Below are positions 11,038 through 23,100 of a DNA stretch of 64,000 bases, piece by piece. Below the pieces are notes generated by a model. That model worked only from the letters and a program-made list of their open reading frames with translations. It did no database searches and was not told the DNA's origin. The DNA is from Lytechinus pictus (lineage: Eukaryota). The stretch covers positions 5,520,001-5,584,000 of the forward strand of contig NC_087245.1 in assembly GCF_037042905.1 (NCBI RefSeq), in the 5' to 3' direction. Positions within the stretch are counted from its first letter, which is position 1. Every line of letters begins with the position of its first letter. The position numbers were made by a program, and so were the translations under genes.

Positions 11038-11345
11038 CGATGAGGGGTTTGGTGTCCGGACACTGAAAAATGAAGCCTTGTATTTGTAGAAGTTTAGGCT
11101 TGCTGTTGTTTATCTCACTGACTTTTTTTTTTTTTTTTTTATCTCACTTCTCAGCAAAATAAAGCAAAAAATATAGCTTGAATAATGCTTATCACCATCA
11201 TTAATTGTTCTTTATAATATTTTCTTACATTCTGAGCTTAAAAAAAATCAAAGACATTGCTTGTATTTTTTGTAAACTTTTCAAAATTAAAGGAGATGTC
11301 GTGAGTCCGGACACCCAACCCGTCAGGAAACACAACCACAGCGTA
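11038..11345 (-). mobile_element. Diverged inverted member of the GTGTCCGGACAC MITE family (see 17133-17368)
   Basis: Both ends are reverse-complement similar to the ends of 17133-17368. A further end remnant lies at about 9892-9929. Confidence 0.6.
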
Positions 11346-11707
11346 TATCGGGCTACTGAGCCAGCAGCACTGCCGGCTACAGTTGCCAGTCCCATACCGT
11401 ATCTTTACTGTCATGTTTACGCCTTGGAACTATTAAAAATTAGTAAAAAAGCATGTTAAAATTCAAAATTATTGCAAACCAATCATATCAAAATGAAGCA
11501 CATAAAATTATCTTTAAAAACTATCATTTTGTTTTTCTTAATAACAATTTCAATTACCTGAAATTTGCTGTCGAAAAATCTCCCCCATTGACTTTGTACA
11601 CAAACTTCGGTGAATTTGGAACTATTCAAAAGCTCCATGAGCAAATGACGGCTACTTCCGGTGTCGCAACCTTGTTTATATAGGGCCTTGACAAGCGTGT
11701 TGCTATA

Positions 11708-12831
11708 AGGAAGGTCAACTCGATACGCGCATGCAACTGAGCTGCGCGCGTATTTTATTGTTCATGCCAACGAAATCAAATGCCGATCAAATACAACAAC
11801 AAATTAGTAGTGATCAAAAAACGAATATGAAAGAATATGACTACAACAATATCAAATATAAATTAAAAAATATGTTGAGGAATATACATACATATAAAAA
11901 CATACTTTGATATTTAAAACTTTACAAATATAAGTTTCAGGAAACTAAAATCATTACCAAATCGGTGATTGTTGTTATCAGCGATTTCACCAGACGGCTG
12001 TATTAGGTGATTTGCGTCGAGACGATTTTGTGACCACTCGCAAAGCATTTCGGGATTGAATATAACCACCTTATTTTCTCTGAGCTCTTCGCTGAACCCA
12101 TCATCACAGCGCAGCCAATGCAATGCATCCGATGCATGGGTTGTTTTTTCGCCGTCCATGCCATGGTCTCGGACTCAGAGTTGAAATTTAGACCCGGATT
12201 TCGGGGATACAGCGCCTTTATTTCAGATTTATAGACTTAAAAGTCAAATGACATTTAAAATTTGAAATCTAACCTTGAACAATCATCGTTGATAAACATC
12301 AGCCCTGAAGCCATTACATTTCAAATCAGGCCAGGCAAATTAGACGTCATTGTCTAGGTTGCTAGATCTATGACGAGTCGCCTGAAGCCCCAGCGCATCA
12401 TCAACGTCACTAGCTAGCTGCGCGACCGGCCCAGACTCGGCGCACCCAGGCCACTGAACTAGAGATACGTATTTCTAGTTCAGTGACCCAGGCCAGAAAA
12501 TGACCTCGATTATTACGGTGGTTGTCTATGCATTTATTAGTGGTGCAGCGAAATTCAGCAGAAGAAAATAAGAGATATGAGGTATCCTCGTTACAGGCTT
12601 AATATTCCAAAATGAGGAAAAATGTCAAAATCATGATTATCTAAGCTAAATATTTTCTTTAAAAATAAAAGTAATATTCTTAATATTTATACTCAGAATA
12701 ACCGATCAAATAATTGTTCATTAAAAAATATTTGAAATTAACAAATGAAAAAAAATCAACTCGACAAATTTCCCAAAACCCCACCTTATTTTTTAAAGTG
12801 GTCACAAAATTCGAGCGGAGTTGACCTTCCT
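11708..12831. mobile_element. Non-autonomous DNA transposon, 14-bp TIR, TA TSD
   Basis: AGGAAGGTCAACTC at 11708-11721 and GAGTTGACCTTCCT at 12818-12831, each flanked by TA. Confidence 0.75.
12452..12485. mobile_element. 34-bp palindromic micro-element with 8-bp TSD
   Basis: ACCCAGGC-[CACTGAACTAGAGATACGTATTTCTAGTTCAGTG]-ACCCAGGC. Confidence 0.8.
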
Positions 12832-13309
12832 TAGAGGGTAGGCACTTATGATCCAAGTTTGAAAGGAGACTCGTAAAATGACGTCACTCTCGCCGATGAA
12901 TATTCATTAGATCGTGGTCGTGCGTTTTCAATACACACTGCGTGCAGGCATGCAGATAGTTATATGCGAGGAACTTTGGCTCCAGAGACAAGTTGTCAAA
13001 TAACGTGTGTGTGTGTGTGTGCGTGTGTGTATCATCGGCTGGTAGTATTCCATGCTGTCTAAGACTTCAAACGCGTCGGAGAGAGTGCATGGCAATTCGG
13101 TAAAACGAAGTTTCCGATATAAAGAGATAATAAAATAACACTATGTACAGTACGTTGAGAGGCAAATGTCAGATCAGGGGAGGCAGGAGTACAATCAGGT
13201 TTTTTAAGGGAAGAATAGTGTAGAATAAAAGGTATTATATATATAGCCAAATGATCTATAGGTGAGGGAAGTGAACAATGATGTTTTTAAAAAAAGAATG
13301 AATATACCT

Positions 13310-15212
13310 TACGGTGAAGCCAATTTAAAAGGAGGTGAGACAAGTTTCAATGGAGGTTTTAAAAAATAATAAACTGTATTATGGTGAAGCCAATTTAAAA
13401 GGAGGTGAGGCAAGTTTCAATGGAGGTTTTTAAAAAGAATAAACTGTACTACAAATTATGGTGAAGCCAATTTAAAAGGAGGTGAGGCAAGTTTCAATGG
13501 AAGTTTTTAAAAAAGAATAAACTGTACTACAAATTTAAAAGGAGGCGACGCAAGTGTCAATGGAGGTTTTTAAAAAGAATAAACTGTACTACAAATTTAA
13601 AAGGAGGCGAGGCAAGTTTCCTCAATGGAGGTTTTTAAAAAGAATAAACTGTACTACAAATTATGGTGAAGCCAATTTAAAAGGAGGTGAGGCAAGTTTC
13701 AATGGAGGTTTTTAAAAAGAATAAACTGTACTACAAATTATGGTGAAGCCAATTTAAAAGGAGGTGAGGCAAGTTTTAATGGAGGTTTTTAAAAAGAATA
13801 AACTGTATATGGTGAAGCCAATTTAAAAGGAGGTGAGGCAAGTTTCAATGGAGGTTTTTTAAAAGAATAAACTGTACTACAAATTATGGTGAAGCCAATT
13901 TAAAAGGAGGTGAGGCAAGTTTCAATGGAGGTTTTTAAAAAGAATAAACTGTATTATGGTGAAGCCAATTTAAAAGGAGGTGAGGCAAGTTTCAATGGAG
14001 GTTTTTAAAAAGAATAAACTGTATATGGTGAAGCCAATTTAAAAGGAGGTGAGGCAAGTTTCAATGGAGGTTTTTAAAAAGAATAAACTGTACTACAAAT
14101 TATGGTGAAGCCAATTTAAAAGGAGGTGAGGCAAGTTTTAATGGAGGTTTTTAAAAAGAATAAACTGTATATGGTGAAGCCAATTTAAAAGGAGGTGAGG
14201 CAAGTTTCAATGGAGGTTTTTAAAAAGAATAAACTGTACTACAAATTATGGTGAAGCCAATTTAAAAGCCGGAGGTGAGGCAAGTTTCAATGGATCGAGG
14301 TTTTTAAAAAGAATAAACTGTATTATGGTGAAGCCAATTTAAAAGGAGGTGAGGCAAGTTTTAATGGAGGTTTTTAAAAAGAATAAACTGTATATGGTGA
14401 AGCCAATTTAAAAGGAGGTGAGGCAAGTTTCAATGGAGGTTTTTTAAAAGAATAAACTGTACTACAAATTATGGTGAAGCCAATTTAAAAGGAGGTGAGG
14501 CAAGTTTCAATGGAGGTTTTTAAAAAGAATAAACTGTACTACAAATTATGGTGAAGCCAATTTAAAAGGAGGTGAGGCAAGTTTTAATGGAGGTTTTTAA
14601 AAAGAATAAACTGTATTATGGTGAAGCCAATTTAAAAGGAGGTGAGGCAAGTTTCAATGGAGGTTTTTAAAAAGAATAAACTGTATATGGTGAAGCCAAT
14701 TTAAAAGGAGGTGAGGCAAGTTTCAATGGAGGTTTTTAAAAAGAATAAACTGTACTACAAATTATGGTGAAGCCAATTTAAAAGGAGGTGAGGCAAGTTT
14801 CAATGGAAGTTTTTAAAAAAGAATAAACTGTACTACAAATTTAAAAGGAGGCGACGCAAGTGTCAATGGAGGTTTTTAAAAAGAATAAACTGTACTACAA
14901 ATTTAAAAGGAGGCGAGGCAAGTTTCAATGGAGGTTTTTAAAAAGAATAAACTGTACTACAAATTATGGTGAAGCCAATTTAAAAGGAGGTGAGGCAAGT
15001 TTCAATGGAGGTTTTTAAAAAGAACAAACTGTATTACAAATTATGGTGAAGCCAATTTAAAAGGAGGTGAGGCAATTAGTTAATGGAGGTTTTTAAAAAG
15101 AATAAACTGTATTACAAGTTATGGTGAAGGCAATTTGAGAGGAGGTGAGGCATGTCTACAATGATTTTTTTTAAAGAATGATAAGTGTAGAATATAATTC
15201 AAATGATGAAGC
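13310..15212 (+). repeat. Minisatellite array in left foldback arm (units 62/69/70/77 bp, about 26 copies)
   Basis: Unit TATGGTGAAGCCAATTTAAAAGGAGGTGAGGCAAGTTTCAATGGAGGTTTTTAAAAAGAATAAACTGTACTACAAAT. Confidence 0.95.
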
Positions 15213-15296
15213 CATCTTGAGAGGTGCATGAGGCAAGTCTACAATGAGGTTTCTAAAAACAATGAATAGTGAAGAAAAAGATCGCAATTGCTTTTA

Positions 15297-15799
15297 ATAA
15301 TCCACAAAATTGTGTAGTTATTTATTTCATGCAAATTGCTATTAATTGATTATGCTCATTTGTGCATAATTAGTATACTATACCTATTCCTCTAACTCCC
15401 TAAATAAAGCTCCAAATGTTCTAATTTTTGGTTTAGAAACTCTTTGTGGTGTTCTTCGATAATGTATTTCTTGTGTTTTTACCTTTGTATTGCATTGTTT
15501 TTTTTCAACGATGCTCGGACTCTCGTAACAGCATAAAATAAATCAGTTTAGTTCAACAAAACTAAAAACAATTAGGCATTCATGAATTTTGGTTGAAAAC
15601 GCATATTCCATTGACGTGGTACACAAATATCACAATTTTGAGCCATTTTTGTCTGATATGCACTTACAAATTGTTTGGTAATTTTCAGAACCCAGTACCC
15701 GGGCTTCGCAAAACTGGTCTCAAAACATGCAAAAGACTTTTTTTTTTAAATCGCAGAGCTCAGAGCCCCCCCCCCCCCCCCCCTGCGTAAATAGGTTAA
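15297..15799. mobile_element. 5'-truncated copy of the piggyBac-like MITE family
   Basis: Colinear with about 38596-39203 (CCTCTAACTCCC.AAATAAAGCTCCAAATGTTCTA; GTACCCGGG; C-run; ends TAGGTTAA). Confidence 0.7.
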
Positions 15800-16625
15800 G
15801 TTTGCATTAATTTTGAACTTTTCCATTCCCAAATACGTAATATCCCCTCCCCAAAAATGCAATTGTCACTGAAATGGAATATACATAATATATTTTTTAA
15901 TAAGCCATGTTTTGCAAAATAATCATCATGTCATCCTTTGTCAACAAGAAATCTGTACATGTCCTCCGGAAGAAAATAATACCTCGGCCGCCTATTAAAT
16001 TCTCAGTTTTGATTTTGTAAGTATTTTACTTAGCAATTTGGCTGGCTTATCAAAATGCTTAAACTTGTATGCAGATCAGATCTCAGAATTTACCTTATCC
16101 AAATTGAACTAAATACTAATACCCATTGTGATGTTATAAATTTTGAGCCAAATAGTGCCAAATGTGTGAATGTATTTCTGTGCGTATCATTTTTGTATAT
16201 GTAGACTTAAGTCTAGTAGATGGCTGACTTACATTTAAGCAAAATATTTAGCCCAAAAAAAATGCAATTGAATACCAAAGATGGATAAGTATTTTACTTT
16301 TGCAAAATACTGAGTAAAATATACTTGAAATTGTGGCTTTAAGAGTAGCATTGAATACCGGCCCTGTTCCTCATCATCATTATCATCCCACTACTTGACT
16401 GAACCATATAGTATTAAACAAAGTTAATTCCACATGTTCAGGGAGGAATTAATCGTTGTATCACTTGACATTAAGGAGAAACTTAGAATATTTCATGTTT
16501 CCTATAATAAAATACAAAAGAAATAGTGAGAGGATGACGTCATCAGTCTCCTCAGGTGCATACAGACCAGGATGTGCATATAACTGTTTTTTTTAATTAA
16601 GCAAAACTTTAAAATGTCATAACTT

Positions 16626-18447
16626 GCTTCATCATTTGAATTATATTCTACACTTATCATTCTTTAAAAAAAAATCATTGTAGACATGCCTCACCTCCTC
16701 TCAAATTGCCTTCACCATAATTTGTAGTACAGTTTATTCTTTTTAAGAACCTCCATCGAAACTTGCCTCGCCTCCTTTTAAATTTGTAGTACAGTTTCTT
16801 CTTTTTAAAAACCTCCATTGACACTTGCCTCACCTCCTTTTAAATTAGCTTCACCATAATTTGTAGTACAGTTTATTCTTTTTAAAAACCTCCATTGAAA
16901 CTTGCCTCGCCTCCTTTTAAATTTGTAGTACAGTTTATTCTTTTTAAAAACCTCCATTGACACTTGCGTCGCCTCCTTTTAAATTTGTAGTACAGTTTAT
17001 TCTTTTTTAAAAACCTCCATTGAAACTTGCCTCACCTCCTTTTAAATTGGCTTCACCATAATTTGTAGTACAGTTTATTCTTTTTAAAAACCTCTATTGA
17101 AACTTGCGTCGCCTCCTTTTAAATTTGTAGTATACCCAGTTGTTGTGTGTCCGGACAGGTTGTGTGTCCGGACGATCAATTTTAGAAAGTCATTTGGAAA
17201 AATTTACAAGCGAAGTTTCATCAATGTTTAGTGCAAAATGTAAGGAAATATTATAGAGAACAAAATGGAAGATGATTACAACTATTGAATTCATATTTTT
17301 AGTGTAATCCAAAGACAAAAAAGAAGGCTTCAAAAATATAAAGTGTCCGGACACCCGACCCCCCATCCTACAGTTTATTCTTTTTTAAAAACCTCCATTG
17401 AAACTTGCCTCACCTCCTTTTAAACTGGCTTCACCATAATACAGTTTATTCTTTTTAAAAACCTCCATTAAAACTTGCCTCACCTCCTTTTAAATTGGCT
17501 TCACCATATACAGTTTATTCTTTTTAAAAACCTCCAATGAAACTTGCCTCACCTCCTTTTAAATTGGCTTCACCATAATACAGTTTATTCTTTTTAAAAT
17601 CCTCCATTAAAACTTGCCTCACCTCCTTTTAAATTGGCTTCACCATAATTTGTAGTACAGTTTATTCTTTTTAAAAACCTATATTGAAACTTGCGTCGCC
17701 TCCTTTTAAATTTGTAGTACAGTTTATTCTTTTTAAAAACCTCCATTGAAACTTTCCTCACCTCCTTTTAAACTGGCTTCACCATAATACACTTTATTCT
17801 TTTTAAAAACCTCAATTGAAACTTGATCACCTCCTTTTAAATTGGCTTCACCATAATTACAGTTTATTTTTTTAAACCTCCATTGAAACTTGCCTCACCT
17901 CCTTTTGAATTGGCTTCACCATAATTTGTAGTACAGTTTATTCTTTTTTAAAAACCTCCATTGAAACTTGCCTCGCCTCCTTTTAAATTGGCTTCACCAT
18001 AATTTGTAGTACAGTTTATTCTTTTTAAAAACCTCCATTGAAACTTGCCTCACCTCCTTTTGAATTGGCTTCACCATAATTTGTAGTACAGTTTATTCTT
18101 TTTTAAAAACCTCCATTGAAACTTGCCTCGCCTCCTTTTAAATTTGTAGTACAGTTTATTCTTTTTAAAAACCTCAATTGAAACTTGCCTCACCTCCTTT
18201 TAAATTGGCTTCACCATAATTTGTAGTACAGTTTATTCTTTTTAAAAACCTCCATTGAAACATGCCTCACCTCCTTTTAAATTGGCTTCACCATAATTCT
18301 TAGTATAGTTTATTTTTTTTAAAAAAACCTCCATTGAATCTTGCCTCACCTCCTTTTAAATTGGCTTCACCATAATACAGTTTATTATTTTTTAAAACCT
18401 CCATTGAAACTTGTCTCACCTCCTTTTAAATTGGCTTCACCGTAAGG
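16626..18447 (-). repeat. Inverted minisatellite array in right foldback arm (about 21 copies)
   Basis: Reverse complement of the left-arm unit; interrupted at 17133-17368. Confidence 0.95.
17133..17368 (+). mobile_element. TA-targeted MITE with GTGTCCGGACAC subterminal motifs and non-matching tips
   Basis: Splits a minisatellite unit at GTAGTA|CAGTTT with TA duplicated (17131-32, 17369-70). Confidence 0.85.
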
Positions 18448-18690
18448 CAAGGCTCCACACTAACTTTTTTTCTTGGTGGCCCGATCGGTACACCAAAATC
18501 ATTAATTTCATATTTTTGGTGGCCCGCAGAGCAAATTTAGTGGCCCTAAAACAATAGAAAACATTACAATTCATCAAAATTCTGGTAGACAAACCGGGCC
18601 ACCAACTGTTGGCTTTTACAGAATTTTGGTGGTCCGACTCTCATTTTTGGTTGCCCTGGGCCACCGGGCCACTGCTAATGTCGAGCCCTG
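18448..18690. mobile_element. hAT-type MITE, 8-bp TSD
   Basis: TSD CCGTAAGG at 18440-47 and 18695-702 (4 extra nt CATG before the second copy). TIR CAAGGCTCCACACT / CAGGGCTCGACATT. Absent from the left arm, which shows the empty site. Confidence 0.85.
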
Positions 18691-19969
18691 CATGCCGTAA
18701 GGTATATATTTCATTCTTTTTTTAAAAACATCATTGTTCACTTCCCTCACCTATAGATCATTTGGCTATATATATAATACCTTTTATTCTACACTATTCT
18801 TCCCTTAAAAAAAAACCTGATTGTACTCCTGCCTCCCCTGATCTGACATTTGCCTCTCAACGTACTGTACATAGTGTTATTTTATTATCTCTTTATATCG
18901 GAAACTTCGTTTTACCGAATTGCCATGCACTCTCTCCGACGCGTTTGAAGTCTTAGAGTTAGACAGCATGGAATACTACCAGCCGATGATACACACACGC
19001 ACACACACACACGTTATTTGACAACTTGTCTCTGGAGCCAAAGTTCCTCGCATATAACTATCTGCATGCCTGCACGCAGTGTGTATTGAACACGCACGAC
19101 CACGATCTAATGAATATTCATCGGCGAGAGTGACGTCATTTTACGAGTCTCCTTTCAAACTTGGATCATAAGTGCCTACCTCCTTGGTACAACACGCTTG
19201 TGTGTTGCTGCCCTCTACGTTCGTTGATGTACACAAACGTAGACTCTTCACTAGTCGCTTTTTAGCTATATTTGCGGAGATTGCCTTCGCCAGGGTGTAA
19301 AACGGAAACGCGCCCCCCGGCCCCCTTCCCGAACATGTCCCGCCCATCCTCCGGCCTCCAGGGCAAGGCCCCCTCGCTTATGTTATGATCATGTGCAAGA
19401 TGACGCTTTGCATACCAACTCCCGAGTACGGTACCGTTCCTCAACAAGCTCAGCCGGAGCGCCGGTCGGGCGACTCGGTGTTGCCTGTTGGATCGACATG
19501 ATCGAAGCAATTAAGCAGCAACAATTAGCTTCGCGTCGAGTGAGCTGGCCTAAGTACGGTAATGATAATACTGCAAATGAAATGGGTATAACACTAAAGC
19601 ATTGAAACTCGACACACAGTTTCCAAACTTTTGTCCGTCATCCACATTTTCACCATTCTGAGAGAAATGAGATTAAGGGTGCAGCAAATATATTATTAAA
19701 ATTAGTCATTACCGAACCCTCGACGACCCTCTGGCTCTGCCATTTTTCTAAGCTTGATTAAAAGTTGGAAAGGAGTTTCATATCATTTTAAATATCAACT
19801 ATATACGATGTGTTTTTGTATTGAGATTACCACTACAATATAATTGAAAAATAACTAATAATATATTACATGTAGCAATATTATTTTAAACTAATGATAA
19901 TGTAATCAATAATTATAAGAATTAAAATTATATGGCCTTGGGCCCTTCCTCAATTCCATTGAGTGAGAA

Positions 19970-20112
19970 AGTCAGTGATTACGTCATTGTCAGACCTTTT
20001 GCGCATGCGCATTTCAAACAGTATACCCTTAATCATCTGATGTTGTGTCACAGTCATAGTCGAACGTGTATAAAAATCAAATTTTTATGATAAAGATTCG
20101 ATCATTTTCACG
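19970..20112 (+). promoter_or_regulatory. Probable STAM proximal promoter / 5' UTR
   Basis: CRE/ATF-like TTACGTCA (19979-86) and perfect NRF1-type TGCGCATGCGCA (20000-11), about 100 bp upstream of the ATG. Confidence 0.6.
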
Positions 20113-20152
20113 ATGCCGTTGTTTGGAGGAACACCGTTCGATACAGATGTTG
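20113..20152 (+). CDS. STAM: STAM exon 1
   Basis: ATGCCGTTGTTT...GATGTTG|gtgagg; [13 protein letters not shown]. Confidence 0.92.
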
Positions 20153-23100
20153 GTGAGGGTCATTTAGTTTAAGGGAGAGTGTGGGAATCGCGTTCGGCAG
20201 CCATAAATAAATCTTGCGAATGCGAGTGTGACTGAGCTGAGACTGAGATGAGAGAGTGGCCCCAGAGCCAGAGTGTGTTGTGCATTTGTACCTATTTGGT
20301 TTGTATTTATATTGATGACAGTGCAATGCAGTGCACCGACACTGCAGTCTGCACTGTCTGTGCACTGTGTGACTTCAAACTAACAACACTCACAGTACTA
20401 AGTGACTGAGTTAGAGTCATAGCTAGGCAGGGTCTAATCCTGGGTTCTCGGCACTCACACAACAAGCATGCGAGGTTACTTACTCAACGTTCTCGCCAGG
20501 TTCATTCTGACGCTTGGCGGCGCGGCGCGAAGCGACGAAGCCGCGCAGCGGCCTCGGTGCGTGCGAATCACGCACGGGGGGAGGGTTGCGGGAGGGGGGT
20601 GTCCCCCCTCCCGCGCGGAGCGCGGTAGCTATCGAAAATATCAATATCGACGAGCTTAGATTGCTGCTAAATGCACCACATTTTATGTCTATTTAATGCT
20701 TCTCCGGCCACACAGCCGTAACGGTTGCACGAATTGCGATTGAAACAGAAAGGCAAGTACTGATGAAAAAGGTCAAAAGAAAAGATTTAAATTCAATCTC
20801 ATTTTATACTTACAGTTTATAGATTGATTCACATCGATGACATCGATAATGTACTCCATACTTTCCAATGTCTAGATCGCTACGTCCGACGTCCTTAGAA
20901 AGTGCGATTCATTTTGTGAATGCGTATCAATGACCGACTACATCTACGGACCGCATGCGCGCCGCGCCACGCCCTTACTAAATCCAAAGATTGTTCCGAC
21001 TTTGTTTGGAAGCCTCGGAAGAAAACTTCCGAGGCTTCCAAATAATGGGCATCGGTATTCATGAGACGATATAATTTGCATGTTTGTTTTGTTTCCAGAT
21101 ACTCACTGAAACTATAACTCTCATAATTAAGACTTCTGTTGATGATGTTTATACTAATAATATCAAGATTCGCTTGTCACTGTCAATTATCGCTATGTTT
21201 ATTTGTATTGTTCTATACTCACCTATAAAATAATGAATGTGTCCATCACGAGCGGGAGAAATATTTTTAGTCATTCATCATACTTTAATATTACGATTTT
21301 GTTCTTATTATAATTAATTGCGATTTAAAATGTTTTGAAAGTAAAGCTTAATTGACAGGAAAGCAGATTTATACTCACTGTCAATTATTGCTATGTTCAT
21401 TTGTATTGTTCTATACTCGCCTATAAAATAATGAATGTGTCCATCACGAGCGGGAGAAATATTTTTAGTCATTCATCATACTTTAATATTACGATTTTGT
21501 TCTTATTATAATTAATTGCGATTTAAAATTTTTGAAAGTAAAGCTTAATTGACAGGAAAGCAGATTTGTATTTTTAAATTATGCACTATTTGTAGGCCTA
21601 CAAATACAGCGTGTGTGAAAGAGAGGAAGAGGGGGGGGGGGAGGGTTGTAGCTAGGATGGTCGAAGGGGGAGAGCGAAAGGGGAGGGGTCGTGGCGTGGG
21701 CAATGACAAGGGGATGTTGAGATCGTACGTGTGTGTGGGATTGGTGAAGAAGTCAATATTCGAAGCGAATGCATATTTATAGACATGTCTATACTACTAC
21801 TGATGACGGCTGAATAATCTTTCTTTACATGTATATTTTGGCGATTTAAAAATTTAAAAATATTTTCTTGCACCATGAGTGGGAAGATCGAGGTTCGTGA
21901 TTCAATAAATTGCATCAGTTTTTAAGTTACAGAAATTCACGAACAGATTTTTTAAATTGAAAAAAAAAAGAGTCAGAAAGATCTTAATTTTATAGCCCCC
22001 GTCCAGCGTAAACAACAAAGAATATTTGAGGTCACGAAACCAGCTGATTCGCATTCATACAACAGGTTAACAGGTCACGCACATGGTACACATTCCAAGG
22101 GCGGGAATTCGGGGAAACCCGTTTTCAAGCACAATGATTGGCTCAACCCAGAAAGTGAATACTAATTAGATCACGTGCCATCGGCTTTGGGGCGTCTCGT
22201 TCACATTCCAACTCATTTCATAAATATAATCCACTCGCAGTAATTAGGCTAACGACGTTGTAAAGATAACTCTATATAAAACACAATTCCGATATAAAAC
22301 ATATATAAAGACATAAGTGAAATTGAAAAATTCATCCAGCGATATTTAAATTATACTAGCGACTCATGTGGGCGTGGACAAACGAAATACATACCCTCTA
22401 AAACGTTCACACATATCAACTTCAATAATTCGTACTTGAAATGCAGGGGCCGCGGAAAGGTCTTGAAAGGGGGGGGGGGCTGACCAGCGTGCAAAAAACG
22501 CAATCAGGTGGTCCATTTTATGATTTTGTACACGGTTTTGGAAAAAAAAAGTGGGGGAGCTGAAGCCCACCCAGCCCCCCCCCCTGTTTCCGCGGCTCTG
22601 AAATGAATATCTGTGAATGAATTGTCCATTCCACTTTGTTGAATGTGTACTTCTATTGAAATCTATTGAATCACGTACCCCTCCCGACCAAGTCCAAGGG
22701 TTGATTTTCCACTCGCCATAAAGATTATGCAGCCACAATCACAGTAGACACATCCATAAAATAATATTAATTTAATTCGCTCCGAACATTGACTTCTTTT
22801 CGCCAATCCCCTCCCCCACAAAGTCACAAACATCCCATCATTTTCATTTACATTGCCCACGACCACCTCCCATTATTCTCTTTCTCCTTTACACAAATTA
22901 ATTTCAAATAATATTTTATTTTAAATCGTAGTTGTTACGCAATTGTACAACAAATTCATGAAGCATTCACTGTAATGACTAAAAACATTTCTCAGGACGG
23001 TGACAGGTGCGTTCATTATTTAATTGGCAGGCAAAGAGTAATAAAAGAACAATACAAATGAAAATACACTGTACGTATGCCTCATATTAAAAAATGAGTC

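Larger units (their letters stand above)
12837..19180. mobile_element. Giant foldback structure: inverted arms 12837-15212 and 16626-19180 around a 1.4-kb non-coding loop
   Basis: GGTAGGCACTTATGATCCAAGTTTGAAAGG... matches the reverse complement of the 19180 end over about 470 bp of unique sequence, followed by inverted minisatellite arrays. The same 63/64-aa pseudo-ORF appears on opposite strands in the ORF track. No TSD found. Confidence 0.9.

Noticed and set aside
13310..18447. Regular repeat arrays as a CRISPR locus
   Set aside because: Units are contiguous with no unique spacers, no cas genes, and the context is eukaryotic; these are minisatellites.
13059..18956. Twin 63/64-aa ORFs on opposite strands
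   Set aside because: Reflect the inverted arms; non-ATG start and no recognisable domain.
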